Made by a program: the position numbers and the translations under genes. A DNA stretch of 64,000 nucleotides from Auanema rhodensis (taxonomy: Eukaryota; Animalia; Nematoda). The DNA is taken from contig OZ059894.1 in assembly GCA_964057225.1 (NCBI GenBank), positions 3,844,001 through 3,908,000 on the forward strand, written 5' to 3'. The notes beneath the pieces were generated by a model, which searched no databases, had not been told where the DNA came from, and worked only from the letters and a program-made list of their open reading frames with translations. Numbering within the stretch: position 1 is the first letter of the stretch; each line of letters opens with the position of its first letter. Below are positions 54,201 to 64,000 of this stretch, in pieces.

Positions 54201-57200
54201 GTCGATCTGTGTTATCAGATTTGCGCTAGCTTAAAAATGCACCGAGATATCAACTGATATAAGTTCACACTTATATCCTCGATTTTCACCCTGAAGGAAT
54301 AATTTTTTCGTTGAATAACATTGTCCATCGTCTTTGCCATGAAAAAAGGAATCTAAAAACATCTACTTTTCGCTAAATTATTCTGAAATTTTTCGAAAAA
54401 ATTTTTGTCAAAATGTTTTTGGAAGCAATGTTGAGTGTACATGGAAACTCAACATACACTAATGCATCATTTTTCAAACGATCATAACTAATTTTTGTAT
54501 CAAGCGTTTCTCAATGTAGTTTAGTGCATTCGATGCGGATTTTTAAGCTGCGTCGATCTGTGTTATCAGATGTGCGCTAGCTTAAAAATGCACCGAGATA
54601 TCAACTGATATAAGTTCACACTTATATCCTCGATTTTCATTCTGAAGGAATAATTTTTTCGTTGAATAACATTGTCCATCGTCTTTGCCTTGAAAAATGA
54701 AATCTAAAAATATCTACTTTTTGCTAAATTATTTTGAAATTTTTCGAAAAAATTTTTGTCAAAATGTTTTTGGAAGCAATGTTGAGTGTACATGGAAACT
54801 CAACATACACTAATGCATCATTTTTCAAACGATCATAACTAATTTTTGTATTAAGCGTTCTTCAATGTAGTATAGTGCATTCGATGCGGATTTTTAAGCT
54901 GCGTCGATCTGTGTTATCAGATTTGCGCTAGCTTAAAAATGCACCGAGATATCAACTGATATAAGTTCACACTTATATCCTCGATTTTCACCCTGAAGGA
55001 ATAATTTTTTCGTTGAATAACATTGTCCATCGTCTTTGCCTTGAAAAATGGAATCTAAAAACATCTACTTTTTGCTAAATTATTTTGAAATTTTTCGAAA
55101 AAATTTTTGTCAAAATGTTTTTGGAAGCAATGTTGAGTGTACATGGAAACTCAACATACACTAATGCATCATTTTTCAAACGATCATAACTAATTTTTGT
55201 ATCAAGCGTTTCTCAATGTAGTTTAGTGCATTCGATGCGGATTTTTAAGCTGCGTCGATCTGTGTTATCAGATTTGCGCTAGCTTAAAAATGCACCGAGA
55301 TATCAACTGATATAAGTTCACACTTATATCCTCGATTTTCACCCTGAAGAATTAATTTTTTCGTTGAATAACATTGTCCATCGTCTTTGCCATGAAAAAA
55401 GGAATCTAAAAACATCTACTTTTTGCTAAATTATTTTGAAATTTTTCGAAAAAATTTTTGTCAAAATGTTTTTGGAAGCATTGTTGAGTGTACATGGAAA
55501 CTCAACATACACTAATGCATCATTTTTCAAACGATTATAACTAATTTTTGTATTAAGCGTTTCTCAATGTAGTATAGTGCATTCGATGCGGATTTTTAAG
55601 CTGCGTCGATCTGTGTTATCAGATTTGCGCTAGCTTAAAAATGCACCGAGATATCAACTGATATAAGTTCACACTTATATCCTCGATTTTCACCCTGAAG
55701 GAATAATTTTTTCGTTGAATAACATTGTCCATCGTCTTTGCCATGAAAAAAGGAATCTAAAAACATCTACTTTTCGCTAAATTATTTTGAAATTTTTCGA
55801 AAAAATTTTTGTCAAAATGTTTTTGGAAGCAATGTTGAGTGTACATGGAAACTCAACATACACTAATGCATCATTTTTCAAACGATCATAACTAATTTTT
55901 GTATCAAGCGTTTCTCAATGTAGTATAGTGCATTCGATGCGGATTTTTAAGCTGCGTCGATCTGTGTTATCAGATTTGCGCTAGCTTAAAAATGCACCGA
56001 GATATCAACTGATATAAGTTCACACTTATATCCTCGATTTTCACCCTGAAGGAATAATTTTTTCGTTGAATAACATTGTCCATCGTCTTTGCCATGAAAA
56101 AAGGAATCTAAAAACATCTACTTTTCGCTAAATTATTTTGAAATTTTTCGAAAAAATTTTTGTCAAAATGTTTTTGGAAGCAATGTTGAGTGTACATGGA
56201 AACTCAACATACACTAATGCATCATTTTTCAAACGATCATAACTAATTTTTGTATCAAGCGTTTCTCAATGTAGTTTAGTGCATTCGATGCGGATTTTTA
56301 AGCTGCGTCGATCTGTGTTATCAGATTTGCGCTAGCTTAAAAATGCACCGAGATATCAACTGATATAAGTTCACACTTATATCCTCGATTTTCACCCTGA
56401 AGGAATAATTTTTTCGTTGAATAACATTGTCCATCGTCTTTGCCTTGAAAAATGGAATCTAAAAACATCTACTTTTTGCTAAATTATTTTGAAATTTTTC
56501 GAAAAAATTTTTGTCAAAATGTTTTTGGAAGCAATGTTGAGTGTACATGGAAACTCAACATACACTAATGCATCATTTTTCAAACGATCATAACTAATTT
56601 TTGTATCAAGCGTTTCTCAATGTAGTTTAGTGCATTCGATGCGGATTTTTAAGCTGCGTCGATCTGTGTTATCAGATTTGCGCTAGCTTAAAAATGCACC
56701 GAGATATCAACTGATATAAGTTCACACTTATATCCTCGATTTTCACCCTGAAGGAATAATTTTTTCGTTGAATAACATTGTCCATCGTCTTTGCCTTGAA
56801 AAATGGAATCTAAAAACATCTACTTTTTGCTAAATTTTTTTGAAATTTTTCGAAAAAATTTTTGTCAAAATGTTTTTGGAAGCAATGTTGAGTGTACATG
56901 GAAACTCAACATACACTAATGCATCATTTTTCAAACGATCATAACTAATTTTTGTATCAAGCGTTTCTCAATGTAGTTTAGTGCATTCGATGCGGATTTT
57001 TAAGCTGCGTCGATCTGTGTTATCAGATGTGCGCTAGCTTAAAAATGCACCGAGATATCAACTGATATAAGTTCACACTTATATCCTCGATTTTCACCCT
57101 GAAGGAATAATTTTTTCGTTGAATAACATTGTCCATCGTCTTTGCCATGAAAAAAGGAATCTAAAAACATCTACTTTTCGCTAAATTATTTTGAAATTTT

Positions 57201-60200
57201 TCGAAAAAATTTTTGTCAAAATGTTTTTGGAAGCAATGTTGAGTGTACATGGAAACTCAACATACACTAATGCATCATTTTTCAAACGATCATAACTAAT
57301 TTTTGTATTAAGCGTTTCTCAATGTAGTATAGTGCATTCGATGCGGATTTTTAAGCTGCGTCGATCTGTGTTATCAGATTTGCGCTAGCTTAAAAATGCA
57401 CCGAGATATCAACTGATATAAGTTCACACTTATATCCTCGATTTTCACCCTGAAGGAATAATTTTTTTTGTTGAATAACATTGTCCATCGTCTTTGCCTT
57501 GAAAAATGGAATCTAAAAACATCTACTTTTTGCTAAATTATTTTGAAATTTTTCGAAAAAATTTTTGTCAAAATGTTTTTGGAAGCAATGTTGAGTGTAC
57601 ATGGAAACTCAACATACACTAATGCATCATTTTTCAAACGATCATAACTAATTTTTGTATCAAGCGTTTCTCAATGTAGTTTAGTGCATTCGATGCGGAT
57701 TTTTAAGCTGCGTCGATCTGTGTTATCAGATGTGCGCTAGCTTAAAAATGCACCGAGATATCAACTGATATAAGTTCACACTTATATCCTCGATTTTCAC
57801 CCTGAAGGAATAATTTTTTCGTTGAATAACATTGTCCATCGTCTTTGCCTTGAAAAATGAAATCTAAAAACATCTACTTTTTGCTAAATTATTTTGAAAT
57901 TTTTCGAAAAAATTTTTGTCAAAATGTTTTTGGAAGCAATGTTGAGTGTACATGGAAACTCAACATACACTAATGCATCATTTTTCAAACGATCATAACT
58001 AATTTTTGTATTAAGCGTTTCTCAATGTAGTATAGTGCATTCGATGCGGATTTTTAAGCTGCGTCGATCTGTGTTATCAGATTTGCGCTAGCTTAAAAAT
58101 GCACCGAGATATCAACTGATATAAGTTCACACTTATATCCTCGATTTTCACCCTGAAGGAATAATTTTTTCGTTGAATAACATTGTCCATCGTCTTTGCC
58201 TTGAAAAATGGAATCTAAAAACATCTACTTTTTGCTAAATTATTTTGAAATTTTTCGAAAAAATTTTTGTCAAAATGTTTTTGGAAGCAATGTTGAGTGT
58301 ACATGGAAACTCAACATACACTAATGCATCATTTTTCAAACGATCATAACTAATTTTTGTATTAAGCGTTCTTCAATGTAGTATAGTGCATTCGATGCGG
58401 ATTTTTAAGCTGCGTCGATCTGTGTTATCAGATTTGCGCTAGCTTAAAAATGCACCGAGATATCAACTGATATAAGTTCACACTTATATCCTCGATTTTC
58501 ACCCTGAAGGAATAATTTTTTCGTTGAATAACATTGTCCATCGTCTTTGCCTTGAAAAATGGAATCTAAAAACATCTACTTTTTGCTAAATTATTTTGAA
58601 ATTTTTCGAAAAAATTTTTGTCAAAATGTTTTTGGAAGCAATGTTGAGTGTACATGGAAACTCAACATACACTAATGCATCATTTTTCAAACGATCATAA
58701 CTAATTTTTGTATCAAGCGTTTCTCAATGTAGTTTAGTGCATTCGATGCGGATTTTTAAGCTGCGTCGATCTGTGTTATCAGATTTGCGCTAGCTTAAAA
58801 ATGCACCGAGATATCAACTGATATAAGTTCACACTTATATCCTCGATTTTCACCCTGAAGAATTAATTTTTTCGTTGAATAACATTGTCCATCGTCTTTG
58901 CCATGAAAAAAGGAATCTAAAAACATCTATTTTTTGCTAAATTATTTTGAAATTTTTCGAAAAAATTTTTGTCAAAATGTTTTTGGAAGCATTGTTGAGT
59001 GTACATGGAAACTCAACATACACTAATGCATCATTTTTCAAACGATCATAACTAATTTTTGTATTAAGCGTTTCTCAATGTAGTATAGTGCATTCGATGC
59101 GGATTTTTAAGCTGCGTCGATCTGTGTTATCAGATTTGCGCTAGCTTAAAAATGCACCGAGATATCAACTGATATAAGTTCACACTTATATCCTCGATTT
59201 TCACCCTGAAGGAATAATTTTTTCGTTGAATAACATTGTCCATCGTCTTTGCCTTGAAAAATGGAATCTAAAAACATCTACTTTTTGCTAAATTATTTTG
59301 AAATTTTTCGAAAAAATTTTTGTCAAAATGTTTTTGGAAGCAATGTTGAGTGTACATGGAAACTCAACATACACTAATGCATCATTTTTCAAACGATCAT
59401 AACTAATTTTTGTATTAAGCGTTTCTCAATGTAGTATAGTGCATTCGATGCGGATTTTTAAGCTGCGTCGATCTGTGTTATCAGATGTGCGCTAGCTTAA
59501 AAATGCACCGAGATATCAACTGATATAAGTTCACACTTATATCCTCGATTTTCACCCTGAAGGAATAATTTTTTCGTTGAATAACATTGTCCATCGTCTT
59601 TGCCATGAAAAAAGGAATCTAAAAACATCTACTTTTCGCTAAATTATTTTGAAATTTTTCGAAAAAATTTTTGTCAAAATGTTTTTGGAAGCAATGTTGA
59701 GTGTACATGGAAACTCAACATACACTAATGCATCATTTTTCAAACGATCATAACTAATTTTTGTATTAAGCGTTTCTCAATGTAGTATAGTGCATTCGAT
59801 GCGGATTTTTAAGCTGCGTCGATCTGTGTTATCAGATGTGCGCTAGCTTAAAAATGCACCGAGATATCAACTGATATAAGTTCACACTTATATCCTCGAT
59901 TTTCACCCTGAAGGAATAATTTTTTCGTTGAATAACATTGTCCATCGTCTTTGCCATGAAAAAAGGAATCTAAAAACATCTACTTTTCGCTAAATTATTT
60001 TGAAATTTTTCGAAAAAATTTTTGTCAAAATGTTTTTGGAAGCAATGTTGAGTGTACATGGAAACTCAACATACACTAATGCATCATTTTTCAAACGATC
60101 ATAACTTATTTTTGTATCAAGCGTTTCTCAATGTAGTTTAGTGCATTCGATGCGGATTTTTAAGCTGCGTCGATCTGTGTTATCAGATTTGCGCTAGCTT

Positions 60201-63200
60201 AAAAATGCACCGAGATATCAACTGATATAAGTTCACACTTATATCCTCGATTTTCACCCTGAAGGAATAATTTTTTCGTTGAATAACATTGTCCATCGTC
60301 TTTGCCTTGAAAAATGGAATCTAAAAACATCTACTTTTTGCTAAATTATTTTGAAATTTTTCGAAAAAATTTTTGTCAAAATGTTTTTGGAAGCAATGTT
60401 GAGTGTACATGGAAACTCAACATACACTAATGCATCATTTTTCAAACGATCATAACTAATTTTTGTATCAAGCGTTTCTCAATGTAGTTTAGTGCATTCG
60501 ATGCGGATTTTTAAGCTGCGTCGATCTGTGTTATCAGATGTGCGCTAGCTTAAAAATGCACCGAGATATCAACTGATATAAGTTCACACTTATATCCTCG
60601 ATTTTCACCCTGAAGGAATAATTTTTTCGTTGAATAACATTGTCCATCGTCTTTGCCATGAAAAAAGGAATCTAAAAACATCTACTTTTCGCTAAATTAT
60701 TTTGAAATTTTTCGAAAAAATTTTTGTCAAAATGTTTTTGGAAGCAATGTTGAGTGTACATGGAAACTCAACATACACTAATGCATCATTTTTCAAACGA
60801 TCATAACTTATTTTTGTATCAAGCGTTTCTCAATGTAGTTTAGTGCATTCGATGCGGATTTTTAAGCTGCGTCGATCTGTGTTATCAGATTTGCGCTAGC
60901 TTAAAAATGCACCGAGATATCAACTGATATAAGTTCACACTTATATCCTCGATTTTCACCCTGAAGGAATAATTTTTTCGTTGAATAACATTGTCCATCG
61001 TCTTTGCCTTGAAAAATGGAATCTAAAAACATCTACTTTTTGCTAAATTATTTTGAAATTTTTCGAAAAAATTTTTGTCAAAATGTTTTTGGAAGCAATG
61101 TTGAGTGTACATGGAAACTCAACATACACTAATGCATCATTTTTCAAACGATCATAACTAATTTTTGTATCAAGCGTTTCTCAATGTAGTTTAGTGCATT
61201 CGATGCGGATTTTTAAGCTGCGTCGATCTGTGTTATCAGATTTGCGCTAGCTTAAAAATGCACCGAGATATCAACTGATATAAGTTCACACTTATATCCT
61301 CGATTTTCACCCTGAAGGAATAATTTTTTCGTTGAATAACATTGTCCATCGTCTTTGCCTTGAAAAATGGAATCTAAAAACATCTACTTTTTGCTAAATT
61401 ATTTTGAAATTTTTCGAAAAAATTTTTGTCAAAATGTTTTTGGAAGCAATGTTGAGTGTACATGGAAACTCAACATACACTAATGCATCATTTTTCAAAC
61501 GATCATAACTAATTTTTGTATCAAGCGTTTCTCAATGTAGTTTAGTGCATTCGATGCGGATTTTTAAGCTGCGTCGATCTGTGTTATCAGATGTGCGCTA
61601 GCTTAAAAATGCACCGAGATATCAACTGATATAAGTTCACACTTATATCCTCGATTTTCACCCTGAAGGAATAATTTTTTCGTTGAATAACATTGTCCAT
61701 CGTCTTTGCCTTGAAAAATGGAATCTAAAAACATCTACTTTTTGCTAAATTATTTTGAAATTTTTCGAAAAAATTTTTGTCAAAATGTTTTTGGAAGCAA
61801 TGTTGAGTGTACATGGAAACTCAACATACACTAATGCATCATTTTTCAAACGATCATAACTAATTTTTGTATCAAGCGTTTCTCAATGTAGTTTAGTGCA
61901 TTCGATGCGGATTTTTAAGCTGCGTCGATCTGTGTTATCAGATTTGCGCTAGCTTAAAAATGCACCGAGATATCAACTGATATAAGTTCACACTTATATC
62001 CTCGATTTTCACCCTGAAGGAATAATTTTTTCGTTGAATAACATTGTCCATCGTCTTTGCCTTGAAAAATGGAATCTAAAAACATCTACTTTTTGCTAAA
62101 TTATTTTGAAATTTTTCGAAAAAATTTTTGTCAAAATGTTTTTGGAAGCAATGTTGAGTGTACATGGAAACTCAACATACACTAATGCATCATTTTTCAA
62201 ACGATCATAACTAATTTTTGTATCAAGCGTTTCTCAATGTAGTTTAGTGCATTCGATGCGGATTTTTAAGCTGCGTCGATCTGTGTTATCAGATGTGCGC
62301 TAGCTTAAAAATGCACCGAGATATCAACTGATATAAGTTCACACTTATATCCTCGATTTTCACCCTGAAGGAATAATTTTTTCGTTGAATAACATTGTCC
62401 ATCGTCTTTGCCTTGAAAAATGGAATCTAAAAACATCTACTTTTTGCTAAATTATTTTGAAATTTTTCGAAAAAATTTTTGTCAAAATGTTTTTGGAAGC
62501 AATGTTGAGTGTACATGGAAACTCAACATACACTAATGCATCATTTTTCAAACGATCATAACTAATTTTTGTATCAAGCGTTTCTCAATGTAGTTTAGTG
62601 CATTCGATGCGGATTTTTAAGCTGCGTCGATCTGTGTTATCAGATTTGCGCTAGCTTAAAAATGCACCGAGATATCAACTGATATAAGTTCACACTTATA
62701 TCCTCGATTTTCACCCTGAAGGAATAATTTTTTCGTTGAATAACATTGTCCATCGTCTTTGCCTTGAAAAATGGAATCTAAAAACATCTACTTTTTGCTA
62801 AATTATTTTGAAATTTTTCGAAAAAATTTTTGTCAAAATGTTTTTGGAAGCAATGTTGAGTGTACATGGAAACTCAACATACACTAATGCATCATTTTTC
62901 AAACGATCATAACTAATTTTTGTATCAAGCGTTTCTCAATGTAGTTTAGTGCATTCGATGCGGATTTTTAAGCTGCGTCGATCTGTGTTATCAGATGTGC
63001 GCTAGCTTAAAAATGCACCGAGATATCAACTGATATAAGTTCACACTTATATCCTCGATTTTCACCCTGAAGGAATAATTTTTTCGTTGAATAACATTGT
63101 CCATCGTCTTTGCCATGAAAAAAGGAATCTAAAAACATCTACTTTTCGCTAAATTATTTTGAAATTTTTCGAAAAAATTTTTGTCAAAATGTTTTTGGAA

Positions 63201-64000
63201 GCAATGTTGAGTGTACATGGAAACTCAACATACACTAATGCATCATTTTTCAAACGATCATAACTAATTTTTGTATTAAGCGTTTCTCAATGTAGTATAG
63301 TGCATTCGATGCGGATTTTTAAGCTGCGTCGATCTGTGTTATCAGATTTGCGCTAGCTTAAAAATGCACCGAGATATCAACTGATATAAGTTCACACTTA
63401 TATCCTCGATTTTCACCCTGAAGGAATAATTTTTTTTGTTGAATAACATTGTCCATCGTCTTTGCCTTGAAAAATGGAATCTAAAAACATCTACTTTTTG
63501 CTAAATTATTTTGAAATTTTTCGAAAAAATTTTTGTCAAAATGTTTTTGGAAGCAATGTTGAGTGTACATGGAAACTCAACATACACTAATGCATCATTT
63601 TTCAAACGATCATAACTAATTTTTGTATCAAGCGTTTCTCAATGTAGTTTAGTGCATTCGATGCGGATTTTTAAGCTGCGTCGATCTGTGTTATCAGATG
63701 TGCGCTAGCTTAAAAATGCACCGAGATATCAACTGATATAAGTTCACACTTATATCCTCGATTTTCACCCTGAAGGAATAATTTTTTCGTTGAATAACAT
63801 TGTCCATCGTCTTTGCCTTGAAAAATGGAATCTAAAAACATCTACTTTTTGCTAAATTATTTTGAAATTTTTCGAAAAAATTTTTGTCAAAATGTTTTTG
63901 GAAGCAATGTTGAGTGTACATGGAAACTCAACATACACTAATGCATCATTTTTCAAACGATCATAACTAATTTTTGTATCAAGCGTTTCTCAATGTAGTT
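51242..64000. repeat. Satellite variant domain 4, becoming highly homogeneous after ~60 kb
   Basis: Private alleles include GTTCTTCA, TTCATTCTG, GATTATAA, the T8 insertion and AACTTATT. GGAATAA and AAAATGGAATC dominate, and ATTGAG and GAATGA are absent after ~52 kb. Confidence 0.7.
52647..56156. repeat. Local 5-monomer (1755-bp) tandem duplication
   Basis: TTCATTCTG at 52885/54640 and GATTATAA at 53781/55536 recur at +1755, as do GTTCTTCA and GCATTG. Confidence 0.88.

Larger units (their letters stand above)
1..64000. repeat. Tandem satellite DNA array, 351-bp monomer, ~182.3 copies, head-to-tail, likely (peri)centromeric/heterochromatic
   Basis: TTTTTGTCAAAATGTTTTTGGAAGC recurs at 1, 352, 703 ... 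7021 (20x351) and 14041 (40x351). The last monomer starts at 63881 = 182x351 minus 2 net indel bases, plus 1. There is no unique sequence and no inversion. The centromeric location is inference only. Confidence 0.99.

Noticed and set aside
1-64000. Tandem coding repeat (351 bp = 117 codons)
   Set aside because: The length is divisible by 3, but no frame stays open across monomers; the ORF track shows nothing longer than 75 aa.
1-64000. CRISPR array or integron attC cassette array (palindromic repeats at regular spacing)
   Set aside because: There are no unique spacers or cassettes between the palindromes; the entire period is repeated, and no cas or integrase gene is present.

Overview
The whole 64 kb window is one uninterrupted, head-to-tail array of a 351-bp AT-rich satellite (about 31% GC by hand count of monomer 1). 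It holds 182 complete monomers plus a final 120-bp partial (63881-64000). All monomers have the same orientation, differ by only a few percent, and carry only eight 1-bp indels in total (five deletions, three insertions). I found no genes, RNA genes, transposon insertions, CRISPR spacers or telomeric repeats; the four listed ORFs are single stop-loss variants of the monomer. This looks like eukaryotic (peri)centromeric or heterochromatic satellite DNA. The lack of CpG depletion and the ~350-bp size would fit an invertebrate such as an insect, but the organism and family cannot be named from the sequence alone. Two levels of structure stand out. (1) The monomer is built largely from consecutive inverted repeats, with common polymorphisms mostly in loops or linkers and several variants that perfect the junction palindrome. 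(2) Diagnostic SNPs record sequence domains and nested local duplications (2-, 3-, 4-, 5-, 6-, 8-, 13- and about 16-mers) instead of one fixed higher-order repeat. All variant calls were made by eye and need an alignment to confirm. Monomer positions below are numbered from window base 1.
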